The translations under genes and the position numbers were made by a program. A stretch of DNA of 62,890 bases, filler included, from Octopus bimaculoides (lineage: Eukaryota), in NCBI RefSeq assembly GCF_001194135.2. It is 4 parts of 4 records of this genome, joined end to end, with 100 filler letters (N's around TTAATTAATTAA, not from the genome) between each part and the next. Parts side by side here need not be neighbours in the genome. Positions count along the whole stretch, not along the records: positions 1 to 19,697 come from NC_068985.1; 3 more parts are not named here. One strand, given 5' to 3'. The notes below the pieces were generated by a model that worked only from the letters and a program-made list of their open reading frames with translations, was not told the DNA's origin and ran no database searches. Shown piece by piece: positions 1-11,853 of this stretch. Numbering within the stretch: position 1 is the first letter of the stretch; every line of letters starts with the position of its first letter.

Positions 1-53
<53 letters not shown>

Positions 54-100
54 CACATATAGATATATATACATACATGCACACACACACACACATATAC

Positions 101-139
<39 letters not shown>

Positions 140-711
140 TATAATTATACACACACATACATATATATTATTAATTATTTGTAGGTTTCATTTGAATCAA
201 GGTATTTTAATAATAAGGACACCAAGTTAGGTGTGAGATCAGTATAGTCATGTATATACCATATACAGACACTCGTGCATATATCCATGCATATACAAAC
301 ATGTCCAAATACTCATATATACATGTATATGAAATTATATATCCATTATATACTCTCTTATTTGTTCCCAAAATGAGAAGACCAATACACATTCCACATC
401 TTGGTTTTGTTTCCAAACCAAATTCTATATTTTTAATTTTTGATTTTTAATTCACCCGAAGAAAATGTTGTTTTTTTCTCATGATATGATCAGTTAATTC
501 ATCAATAAAAAAATTTATCTGAAACAGGTGTAGTAAACCTTAACCCATTTGTGTACATTCAAAATTTAGAGAGCTGCTATTAAAATTAGGTTCAAGACCT
601 ATAATATGTCCCTATTACATGATTTTGAATATATTTGCAGCAGTGCAGCGAAGATATAGAGGCAAAGCAGTTTTTCTTTTTTATGATGACAATTCTTAAT
701 TCCATGCTATG

Positions 712-749
<38 letters not shown>

Positions 750-764
750 ACACTCATATATATA

Positions 765-960
765 GTGAATCCAAACAAAGAACAAACAGGAAAAAACAAT
801 AACGCGAGGACGTGGAACAAAGTACTGTATTATCAGATGCTCAGGAAAGGATGGAAAGAGGATTTAACGTTGCGAGCCTTGCTCTTCTTCAGAAATAGAG
901 GAAAGTCAAAAGGAAGGGAAGACGGAGAAAGAAAATCACCAATGATATACACACGGTTAC
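765..960 (-). mobile_element. Dispersed repeat resembling a Penelope-like terminal repeat, with hammerhead-like motif
   Basis: Minus strand 897-861 reads TTT CTGAAGA AGAGC AAG GCTC GCAAC GTT AAAT; related motifs at ~37905-37940, ~38061-38096 and ~57355-57390. Confidence 0.55.
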
Positions 961-1039
961 ATTTTGAAATGACTGGAAGGGAATGGGTGAAGAAAAATTC
1001 TTTCTAAGACATGAGAGTGTAAGAGAAGGAGATATGAGT

Positions 1040-1055
1040 ATGTGTGTGCGCACAG

Positions 1056-1097
<42 letters not shown>

Positions 1098-2140
1098 AAT
1101 AAAAGCACATGTATGTGTGTATGTGTATGTGTGTGTGGTTTTGGCTGTTTATATGTGTATGTGTGTGTGAGTGGACTTTGTGTCGATTAATGTCATAGGA
1201 AGAATTTACAGTAGGAATTTTAGGAAGGAGTGGCTGTCTTTTGTATGTCTCCCTTCACATGTGCATAGAAGAATGGTCAGTAGAAAGGTGTTTAACTGGT
1301 AGTTTGAAGTATGTGTGTGTGCATGTATGTATATGTTGTGTGTGTGTGTATGTTTTGTGTGCAGTGTGTGCCTGTCTGTATGTGCATGCATGTGTGTGTA
1401 TGTGTGGGGTTGTGTGGGGGATTGTGTCTGTGGTGCAAATGTGCGTTACTGCGTGTGTGTATGTCCATGTATGTATAATTGTATACATGTATGCATGAGT
1501 GTATGTTGTGTGTGCGTGGGAGGTATGTGTGGGTTCATTTGTGTGTGTGTATGTGTGTGCATGTGTGTATATGTGTGTGTGTGTGAGTGTATGCGTGTGT
1601 ATGTGTGTGCGTGTGTGTATGTGTACGTGTGTGTGTATGTGGGTATGTTTACATGTGTGCATGGAGTTGTGAGTGTTATGTATGTGTGCGTGTGTGTGTA
1701 TTCATGCGTGTATGAGTGTGTGCGCATGTGTATGTCTATGTATGTGTGCACGTGCATGTGTGTATGTGAGAGTGTGTGTGTATGTGTGTGTGTATGTATA
1801 TATTGTGTGTGCGTGTGTATGTGTATGTATGTGTGTATATGTGTGTATGTGAGTTTCTGTATGTGTGTACGCGCGCATGTATGTATGTGCCATGTGTGTG
1901 CGTGTTGTGTGTGTGTATGCGGGAGGTATGTGAGGTATATGTGCATGGATGTGTGCGTGGGTGTGTGTGTATGTGTGCGTGTGTGTGTGTGCACATGTAT
2001 GTGCATGCGTATGTGTGTGTGTATATGTGTGTGTATGTGCATGTATACGTGTTGCATGTCTGTGGTGTGTGTGTGCATGGGTGCGTGTATTTCTTCGTGT
2101 GTGTGTGTATGTATGACTGTGTGTGAATGTGTGCATGTAT
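1040..2140. repeat. Degenerate (TG)n/(TATG)n low-complexity tract, ~1.1 kb
   Basis: Directly visible; source of the Cys/Val- and His/Thr-rich pseudo-ORFs. Confidence 0.95.
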
Positions 2141-2287
2141 ATAGAAATAAAATAAAATATAATAAATTAAAATAAAAAAGAGGTTGATAGGGGATAAAGA
2201 AGAAGTTAATACAATATAAAATGGCGCAATAAAAAAAACAAAAAATGAAATAGAATTGCTTGTTGCAGGAGGTTGTAGAGACAGTCA

Positions 2288-2580
2288 TTAGAAGGGGGAG
2301 GTTGTGTTTAGTCTGAAGGGGATAGTTGTTCGTAGATTAAAAATATAACACTGTTCCAGGCGGAGTCGCAAGTGTGTGGATCCGTGGTGCAGAGTGAGGC
2401 CAAAGACGGAGTTGATAGAGGGGGAATGGTTGGCCAAGTAGAAGTGACAGGGGTGTTCGAACGTAGCCAAACATCCCTTAGTTGTTCGCTGAACCAGTCG
2501 GCCAGCCAGCAGCCCATCTGATCTACATATAGTTTACCACAGAGGTTGCATCTAATACAGTATATGAGGGTAGAAGAGGT
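2288..2580 (-). mobile_element. Penelope-like element, frameshifted GIY-YIG endonuclease remnant (element 3' end)
   Basis: Two overlapping frames give LIYCIRCNLCGKLYVDQMGCWLADWFSEQLRDV and HFYLANHS...RLRLEQCYIFNLRTTIPFRLN, the typical PLE GIY-YIG C-terminus (LIYCI.C..C..LYIGET.R.L..RF.EH...E..LIF.L.T..P.GLN). Confidence 0.85.
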
Positions 2581-2593
2581 GCACACACATACA

Positions 2594-2626
<33 letters not shown>

Positions 2627-2682
2627 AACAAAAATAAAATAACAAATATGCAAGGGAGTTAAGCATAGACACACATTCTTAT

Positions 2683-2747
<65 letters not shown>

Positions 2748-3084
2748 CATACATACATGTATATATATATATATATATACACATACACACACACACACAA
2801 CATGCATATTCGCAAGCACATGCATGTATGCATGAACATGCACATATGTGTATATGCATCTGTACACATTCACACAAACATGCACACTGCAAAATTTGCA
2901 TTTCTCCAGCAGTAGTAACATGATTTCTTTTTTCACTTGTAAGAAACTTTCAGTCAGTTGAGTTTTTTAATAAACAAAGCTAAAAATCAATAAAAAGATA
3001 AACATATACATATATTTATATAATAGAGTTATTAATATTTCTAAGTCTCTCTAAAGGAGACTACGGCAGCGGTACTGGAAATTA

Positions 3085-3368
3085 ATAGTTATCGCCAAGC
3101 CAACATGGCAGTCCCAAAATTAGGACGAAAGCTGCCGTGAATTAGCTCCAAGAAGCCATCGCCTCTAGCTAGCTATGTGACACACGAAACCTGTGTCCTT
3201 TATAACCTTCGAACAGGGGAGGTCAGCTGACCTCCCCTGTTCGAAGGTTATAAAGGACACAGGTTTCGTGTGTCACATAGCTAGCTAGAGGCGATGGCTT
3301 CTTGGAGCTAATTCACGGCAGCTTTCGTCCTAATTTTGGGACTGCCATGTTGGCTTGGCGATAACTAT
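3085..3368. repeat. Perfect 284-bp palindrome (142-bp arms, no spacer)
   Basis: Centre CAG|CTG at 3226/3227; arms are exact reverse complements out to a3085/t3368. Confidence 0.97.
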
Positions 3369-3929
3369 ATATTTATATAATTAAAAATATAATATAGTCA
3401 TTTCATCTTTTTACAAAAAGACATGAGTTTTCATATAAATATATTATGCTAAGGTAATTTTGAAAATCAAGAATAAGTTTCACTTGGAAATTGAAACCAA
3501 AAACCACCTAATTTATTTGTCATACCCACTTGTATCTATACAAATCATGAATCATCTATACATTTCATCATGCTTGATAAGAGATGATCTGCAGCTAAAC
3601 AAGATTATAACCATCACCAATATCATCAAAAGTCATTTAGTTGTGTGCAGTCACCCCAATAGAACAAGAAACCAAATAACCTTCAAATCAGACTTATTAT
3701 TTATAAAAATTTGAAAAAATGGGAGCACAATGTAGCCCTTGATAAACTTAACTTGACAAAAACAGGAAAAAAAACAGACAGAATATTTATGCAGAGGAAC
3801 ATCTTTGATCATAAGTCTGTTCAGTGAAGATAAACAAGGGGCTAAGACAGCAACTAGCTGATATGAATATTAATCTCCAACTTAAGCAAAACAATACCTT
3901 CACACGTGGGCACAAGATAAAAAATTTGT

Positions 3930-4292
3930 TAGGAGGAGATATGAGAATAAGGATACAATTGATTAAAATGAGACCCAACTGTATAACAATTATTTATTTA
4001 TTGAACCGCAGAGATGAAGAGACTGTGGAACATAAAAGTGAAAATTATACCAGTGGTAACAAGTGCACTCTGTGCAACACCCAAATTGCTATCTAAAAGG
4101 CTGAAAGAAATAGAAATTGAGACACATATTGGTGACCTGTAGAAAAGTGCTATCCTGTATTCTGCAGGTATCTAAAGAAAGGTTATTGAGAGTTGAGGAG
4201 ATCTGTTGTCATCGAATCTTATGATAACATCCTTACTAATTAAATTTGCATGTAATAGCTTTTGAATAATAATAATAATAATAATAATAATG
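3930..4292 (+). mobile_element. 3' end of an R4/Dong-type (restriction-like endonuclease) LINE with (TAA)n tail
   Basis: Reads RLWNIKVKIIPVVTSALCATPKLLSKRLKEIEIETHIGDL*KSAILYSAGI*RKVIES, the characteristic RLE-LINE C-terminus, followed by (TAA)n. Confidence 0.8.
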
Positions 4293-4334
<42 letters not shown>

Positions 4335-5720
4335 ATGGTTTCTGATTAAGGCACAAGGCCAGCAATTTTGAGAAGCAGAAAACGGAAGGTTACATTGACC
4401 CACTATTCAAATGGTACTTTATTTTATTGATCCCAAAACGATGAAAGGCAAAATTGACCTCAGTGAGATTTGAATTCATAGCATAAAGAGCTGAAAAAAA
4501 TACTACCCACAAGACATCTAACCATTCTGCAAGGTTTTTTTTTTTTTTTGTCATAAATACAAAGTCACATATTTGTGGGGAATGATCAGTCAGTGATATC
4601 AAACCTAACACTCAAAGTGTGGGATTTGAATTCAGAATATAAAATGTTATAACTAAATTTCATTATGCATCTTGTTTGATAATGAAACAAATGCCAAACC
4701 ACAGCCCCCATGAATTTTTAACATAAGCACATGTATTTGAAGAGAGAGAGGTATATAGTTGATTATATTGGCTCCAGTAATTGGCCTTATTTCATCAACT
4801 TTAGAAGGATAGAGAAACATAGCTAAAAACTGAAAGACAATTAGTTTGACATTACTGTTTCTGTCACTAAATAATAATAACAATGATGATGGTTATGTTT
4901 TCTAACAGAAGCACAAGGCAATACATTTAGGTGTATTTGACTGAACTAACTCCTGTTTTTCACAGCTATTTATTTAATGGCCTTAAGAAGGAGGAAAAGA
5001 AAAGATGACTAGGGTGGAATTGGAACACAGAATGTAAAGATACATAAATAAAAATCACAACAAATTTTATCCAGTCTCTACTGATTCTCTTGTCCAACAC
5101 TCTAACAACAACAACAACAATAAATCTTACTAATTTTGGCACAGGGCCAGCAATTTAAGGAGAGAGAACAAGTTGATTACATTGACCCCAGTACATGGCT
5201 GGTACTTTATTTTACTGATTCCAAAAGGATGAAAGGCAAAGTTGATCTTGGCAGGATTTGAAATCAGAATGCAAAGAGCTGGGACAAAGCCATTTTACTT
5301 GATGCTCTAATAATTTAGCCAATCTACTGCCCTAAAAATAATAATGGCCCAGATTATGGAAAGGATTGTAGTAGATTTAAATGAAACCTCTACTTGACTG
5401 TTCTCATTTTATGAACCCCAGAGATGAAAGGCAAAATTCACACCAGTGGAATTTGAACTCAGAATGTAATAAGATGTAACTTAAGTATGACAAAGTATTT
5501 TATTCACCACTCTACTGCTTCTGCCACTGATAAATAATAATTCTTTCTACTATAGGCACAAGGCCTGACATTTTGAGGGAGAAGGTTAATTGATTACATT
5601 GACACCTTGTACTCAATTGGTCAACCTCAGCATAACTTGAACTCAGAATGTAATATGCTGGAAGAAATACCACAAAGCATTTTGTCCAGCAATCTAACAA
5701 TTCTGCCAGCTTGCTGCCTT
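4335..5720 (-). mobile_element. Array of ~5 degenerate tRNA-derived SINEs, same orientation
   Basis: Repeated block (plus) ggcacaaggcc...attgacccca...ggtactt...aaggatgaaaggcaaa...tttgaactcagaa...gccagcttgctgcctt, separated by TAA/CAA tracts. Confidence 0.85.
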
Positions 5721-5850
5721 ATACAATAATGATGATGGTGATGGTGATGATAATGATGATCATCATAATGACGATGACAATGATGATGATGATTAAATTA
5801 GGCACACAACCTGAAATTCATCAATAAGGACCAGTGCAGAGTTGTGAAGT

Positions 5851-6127
5851 TCATGATTTTCCCAAGCCAGAGTTCTTGTGTGTGTGCCTTAGCCTGAACA
5901 ACGACCAGATGACCAGCTGGACACAACCCATACAAATTGGGATGATGTATATCAGATTGAACATAGTAGACTTCAAAATGTTGGTCTTGGACAATGACAG
6001 CTTTCCATCCTTTAGCTGCTGGTAACCATAAGAGTTGAGAATATTGACAATAAACATGGGTGAAATTGAAATGGCTGGTTTTTCAATAAGTGCACTCATT
6101 CCAAAGATCATGGATGAAATTGGTTTC
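5851..6127 (-). CDS. MFSD13A: MFSD13A/TMEM180-like, last coding exon (277 nt including stop)
   Basis: First AG after a polypyrimidine tract (catccag|G AAA CCA); translates (P)KPISSMIFGMSALIEKPAISISPMFIVNIL...FNLIYIIPICMGCVQLVIWSLFRLRHTHKNSGLGKS*, matching TMEM180 ALLFGMVALVTKP...LVPITCALLQLFTWSQF. Total CDS 1395 nt = 464 aa plus stop. Confidence 0.93.
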
Positions 6128-7689
6128 CTGGATGTTGTTTGGTATTTTTGGTGAAGCAGAAACAAAAGGTGAAAAAAGAGAGCATAATGTTAATGAAAGA
6201 TATCATTGTTACATGTAAATATTCAAAGGTTTCAAAAGTAAGACAATAAATTGGTAAAATGATTGTAGATGTAATTGTTTTGGATGTTGAGTGTGAATCT
6301 AGCCTGAGTAACTACCAGTAAACTTGATAAAGTGTTGGCTTATGAACCAGATGCTACTAAATACTGAAGCATCTAGTCTGTCACTCAGCCAAAGCCAAAA
6401 TGCATGTGTGAATGCAAAGGTGTACAGATGACTCAATCAATCTTAGTCTATTAAAAACATACATCTCTCAAGGAAATTCAAAGAAAAACTGGAAAGACAA
6501 TATCAGAAAACAAATATTGTACTGGCACAAGATTACTATGATTGGTGCCTAAATACCAAACGCGAAGAAAAGCTATCATATAAATGTCATGGTACTTAGA
6601 CTGCCACATGGGCAGACAATTCTAAATGTCACATAGGTTGAACAGTTTAGTTAAAACAGCAGATTGTTTGACTTTTGCATAATGTCATGCATGTTATGAA
6701 TAATGGCAATGTTGATTAAGGCTTCTAATAAGCCAATCGTTGCTACAGTGTATTTTTCATAACAAAAGTGACAAGGCAGTATCTACATAAAGAGGGTCAA
6801 AAATATGTCTCAATATATTTCTTTTGCTCAATGCCAATTTATTACCAATATGCACACGCCTACACACACACACGTGTGTGTGTATAGATATCTATGGATT
6901 TCTATATACATACATGCATAATCTATACGTATTGTTATGTTTTAATATAGAATTATTACATTACTCAAATGCCAACTAATAATGGAGTGAATATGTGAGC
7001 AATATATACTCAAAATACGCACTGATTAAAGCAAAACCCAAAAAATCCACATAAAAACAAAGCAGTATGCAAATTAGAAGAACTATTATTTGTAGAAATT
7101 AACAAAATACAAATACATTTACTAAACAAGGCAAAGTCACCAAACTGAGTTCGATAACTAATCAGATCAGAACTGAATTAGAGCAATATAACATATATAT
7201 ATATATATATATACATACATACATACATACACAAGGGTATGTATGTATGTATATATGTATGTATATATATATNNNNNNNNNNNNNNNNNNNNNNNNNNNN
7301 NNNNNNNNNNNNNNNNNNNNNNNNNNNNNNNNNNNNNNNNNNNNNNNNNNNNNNNNATATATTTAATTTAAATAATTTGGGAAAACAAATTTCCAAATCA
7401 ATCAGGTACAACCCTTCAGCATTATATATATCTACATATCGTACCTTGGGGTCTTATTTATCATATATTTATATATTTATCTATAAATATACAAAGTATC
7501 TGATAAAAGTCAATATTAATTCAATTTTGGGGGATTAATCGATATGCGGGTATTCTATTTCAGATAATACAAAAAATAACCTAATGAGTATATCTGAAAG
7601 TAAACTCATGGTATCAGTTTTCACATCATGAAATAATACTTAAAGGATATAAGCAAAATTACCAGCAGGTAATATACACAATAACAATA

Positions 7690-8362
7690 GTAATTTTTCT
7701 AATTTTGGCAGAAGACCAGCAATTTCATGGGGAGAAAACAAGTCATTTACATCATCCTCAATATTTGACTGGTACTTATTTGATCAAGCCTGAAGCGATG
7801 AAAGTCAAAGCTGACATCAGCAGGATTTGAACTCAGAACATAAAGAACTGGAAGAAACGCTATTAAGCATTTTGTCTGATGCACTAATGATCCTGTCAGC
7901 TTGCCACTTTAATAATGATAATAATGATTTCAAATTTTGGCCAGCTGTTCGGGGAAGATGATAAGTCGATTACATTGGCCCAGTGCTCAATTGGTACTTA
8001 TTTTATTGACTACCGAAAGGATGAAAGGCAAAGTCAACCACTGCAGAATTAAACTCAGAATGTAAAGAGAGATAAAATCCCACTAAGCATTTTGCCTGGT
8101 GTGCTAATGATTCTGCTAGCTCACTTCCTTATTAATAATAATAGTCATGACAACCCTTTCTACTATAGGCACAAGGCCTGAAATTCTTGGGGAGAGGACT
8201 AGTTGATTATATTGACCCTAGTGGTTCACTGGTACTTGATTTATCAACCTCGAAAGGATGAAAGGCAAAGTTGACCTTGGCAGAATTTCAATTCAGAATG
8301 TAGCAACAGGTGAAATACAGCTAAGCATTCTGTCCAGCATGCTAATAATTCTTCCAGCTCAC
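7690..8362 (-). mobile_element. Three tandem degenerate SINEs in intron 3 of MFSD13A
   Basis: Same family blocks as 4335-5720; the first copy begins ~20 nt after the exon 3 donor. Confidence 0.85.
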
Positions 8363-8381
8363 CAATAATAATAATACTTAC

Positions 8382-8465
8382 GGTCGTTTATAAGTGGCAG
8401 CATTTTCATCAGCAACATCAGATAGTGGCATATTAATCAAGGAGTAAGTTGCACATGTGTAGGAA
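8382..8465 (-). CDS. MFSD13A: MFSD13A/TMEM180-like, coding exon 3 (84 nt)
   Basis: Acceptor ttgtttgtttttgcag|T; translates (S)SYTCATYSLINMPLSDVADENAATYKR+CC; donor |gtaagt. Aligns to the TMEM180 segment ...LVVTDLVDED...; phase 2 at both ends. Confidence 0.93.
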
Positions 8466-9103
8466 CTGCAAAAACAAACAAGAAAGGGGTAATTGATCTG
8501 GAATCAAAGGTATAAGTCAAGTTAAGCAGGGGAGATGATCAGATTTATCAACATATGTATTGAAGTAAACAGTGCATACATGGTGAAAATATGCTGTGTT
8601 GATGAAAGTGCTTTTTAGATGCTGACCAAGTTACAAGTAAAGCATTGGACTTACATTGGACCTCACAGATGAGAGGATGCAAAATTAGGACAACATAAAC
8701 AGCTAATGTTTTGCATATCCACTCAATCAAATCCAAATTAATACTGAACAATAATAGGATGCTGTGGTTGATGATGGTGATGATGATAATGGTGGTGCAG
8801 ATAATAATGATAGAGTAGTATTGTTAATGATGATAGACAACAAAAAATGGTGATGATAATGCATGATGCTGACAACGATGAATGGTGATAATGATGATGG
8901 TGATAATCCTGGTGGGTAGTTGTTGTTTAGCCCTAGGTCAGCACTAACTGAGATGTTCCAGCTATATAATTAACCCATCTTTAGATGATGATGGGATCAT
9001 TGATGGTGGTGTTATTGTTAATGATGATGATAGTGGTGAGGAATGTTAATCTGATAGTTTATCAACAGAACATTAATACTCTAGCTAACCAAGACTTACT
9101 TAC

Positions 9104-9258
9104 CTGTCGGCTAATAAGAACATCAAGAACAATAAGGGATATGATGGACCCACAAGACACATCAACACTCCAAATAGAATCTTGAAGATGTAGTTACCAA
9201 GTGTGACATAGTAATACCCAACTTTGGCAACAAGTGGGGCGCAGAGTATCACTAATAT
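9104..9258 (-). CDS. MFSD13A: MFSD13A/TMEM180-like, coding exon 2 (155 nt)
   Basis: Acceptor tttgcaatttcag|ATA; translates ILVILCAPLVAKVGYYYVTLGNYIFKILFGVLMCLVGPSYPLLFLMFLLAD+AG; donor |gtaagt. Fills the helices missing after LLPQ; phases 0 and 2 fit the neighbouring exons. Confidence 0.93.
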
Positions 9259-10166
9259 CTGAAATTGCAAAGCAAATATTAAATTAGACTATCATTTTCA
9301 TCATCATCATCATCATTGATTTTCAGTAAGTTAATCAAGGGAATAGTATCCATGACTATGATTATTGCAGGCCCCCTGGGACTGAAGCATTTCATGCAGG
9401 TGATATACACTAAGAACATTTATGTGCTAAGAGTACAGAGATTGCTGGATTGATAAATGAGTAAATGCTACCTAAACAAGTCCTGAAGGTGGAAAAGAAA
9501 GTAAGTAGTTGTAAGTAAGACCCACAGATTGGTTTAGTCCAGCATTTTTTATTTAATTATATGTTTTTGCATAAGATATCTGAAACTGAAGAGAGGAATT
9601 TATCTTTAAACCTAGACTTATGCTAGTGACAGTGTGAACTCTACAAAGGGCAATTACGTACCAGTTGACGGTGTTAAAACAGGCAACAAATCAGTTCTTA
9701 CTAAGATCAAGTCTACTAGCTTAGCTTTATATATGTAACTTAGAGAAATATAATCCATCTACCTATAAGTAGGTTCCACAGTGAAGTGCAGTTTACCTAT
9801 CTGTAACCACATACCACAAAGTGATATAGTTTGAATAAAGTTCGAAGCCTCCCAAGGTTAACTTATATTTCATCGTTTCAAGTTTAATAAAATGAGTACT
9901 AGATAGGTTCTGGGCTGATTTAGTTGATTGAAATACATTTTTCTCCAAAATATGTACCTTTGCATCAACATTAGAAATTATAATTTTTAAGTAGTAGAGT
10001 AACTAAATGGTAGAGAGCCAGACAAATTGCCTTCAGATATACAGCTATGTTTCTTTATGAAATGCGTTGTTCAAATTCCACCAGAGTCAATAAAGTAAAT
10101 GCCTTTTAAGTACTAGAGTTGATTTAATTAACTATTTACTCCTTCAGGCCTTATAATGAATTATTA

Positions 10167-10197
<31 letters not shown>

Positions 10198-10974
10198 GCA
10201 ATATCAGTAATATTGTCTGTTACATATTTTATGAATCTGAGTAGAATAAAAGATAAGCAAATTTGAACTTAGAACATGGAGGTTTGAAACAGAATTCAAA
10301 ACTATTTTAGGCCAACCATTACCTTAAACAAATAATGATTTCTAACATGGGAAGAAATTCACAAGTTTGTGGGCAGAAAACAGTCGATTATATCACCATC
10401 CCACCTCCAAAGATGGAAAGCAAAGCTGACAATCTTGTTTAGATTTCAATTAAAATAAAATACACAGCTAAACATCATAAGATATCCAGAGCTCTAGTCA
10501 TTCTACAACAGCACTGACATTCCTTAAACACAATAATAATGACTTGTGAGAGAAACACAAAGCCACAGATTTTCAGGGGTGGGGATATAGTAGGTTAGAA
10601 GTTCTTAGTAATAAACATCCATATTCTCAAGGAGTAGAGTAATCAAAAGCTGTGAATATGTAATTTGATCTCTAATATTGTTTTCTTATAGTAAATATAA
10701 CAAAATACTTATGATTTTATTTCCTGTCCTATTCTTGTATCCATATCTAAAGCAGAACCTAACTATTGGTAAATTTTGAAGTTAATCAGATACCTAGTTG
10801 GACTGATGCTGATGCTGATGTCAAGATTTTAGTGAAGAAGGTAGGAGGATAGATTGGGCAAGTCTTTGAAAGGCTACAATTGTAAAAAAAAAAGGATAAA
10901 CACCTCAATAGCATGTTATAAAACTGTAAAAATGTAAAAAGGATAAAAATGCACTTTAAAATGCAATGTCTTAC

Positions 10975-11853
10975 TTGAGGAAGAAGATTGATAGCACCAT
11001 AATACGTGCTTCGAGTGAATGTTGAGATAGTTGTATCAGGAAGAAGCTGGTCAATAAATATGGCCATGAAATTAGAGATGAATGTCTTGTGGAATACTTG
11101 GAAAAAATTAACGAGGACAAAAGTAATGAAATTCCGATTTGTAAAGAGTTGCCGGAGAATGATAGTAATGGATTCTGAAGACTTCTTGCTCTCTCCACAA
11201 CAATTATCTGAACTTGCAATGTCATATTCAGTGTATGCATTCTTGCCAGTGTATCTCATACACAGACAGCTGATACAAGCAATGATAAAGCATAGTATTT
11301 GAAAGTTGGCAAAGTTCTTAAGACTTTGTGTAAAGTACTCACAGAAGAACACAGATGTGCCGCCAAACAGACAGGCAAGCTCAGCAAACTGTATCAGTTG
11401 AAGACGGTCCTTGTGAACATGAGACATCTCTGTGCTCAAACAACAGTGTGCAAGTCCAATATATGTGAAAGCAGTGTCATAGAGACAGAGTGACATTATC
11501 AGGTGGATACCAGTGAGCCAGGTTCCAAAAGACCAAGGAAACCAAGGAATAAGAAAAGCTAAAGAGAGGAAAGGTGCTGCATACAAGATAGTCTCACGAC
11601 GACTCCGCACGAATGAATATCCTGACATGTCCTGGATGTAAGCAAACAATGGATCATTGATGGCATTCCATATCATAAAGACAACCTGAGCTATGTGGAA
11701 CCAGCTCTCTTCAATGTGGTAAATGTTCAGGAAGATTTTCACATAGTAAAACTGAAATATTGAGTTCAGAAAGCTGAAGGCAAATGAGGTGAGAGCATAT
11801 GAAGAGATTCTTTTCCATAAAGATCTGTATCGCGTTTCAACTGGAGGATCCAT
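10975..11853 (-). CDS. MFSD13A: MFS transporter MFSD13A/TMEM180-like, coding exon 1 (293 codons)
   Basis: ORF MDPPVETRYRSLWKRISSYALTSF...WNAINDPLFAYIQD...CLYDTAF...RNFITFVLVNFFQVFHKTFISNF...LLPQ matches my recollection of human TMEM180 ([44 protein letters not shown]). Acceptor ttggcag|AATC-ATG at 11858/11857 implies an upstream non-coding exon. Donor CAA|gtaaga at 10975/10974, phase 0. The ORF-track tail after LLPQ is intron read-through. Confidence 0.95.

Noticed and set aside
1206-2288. Long His/Thr- and Cys/Val-rich ORFs of up to 286 aa, and similar ones at 33-37, 46-47 and 50-52 kb
   Set aside because: Translations of (CA/TG)n, (TA)n and (TCTA)n microsatellites or N runs; no coding signal.
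3060-3140. Canonical hammerhead or HDV-like ribozyme in the palindrome arm
   Set aside because: No CUGANGA before the GTCC/GGAC stem and no convincing HDV P3/L3; kept only as a resemblance.
8548-8751. ORF with a donor-like site as a possible MFSD13A exon
   Set aside because: Wrong phase and no similarity; the three internal junctions already close the alignment.
10786-10974. C-terminal 62 aa of the 355-aa ORF
   Set aside because: Intron read-through past the CAA|gtaaga donor; homology continues in exon 2 instead.
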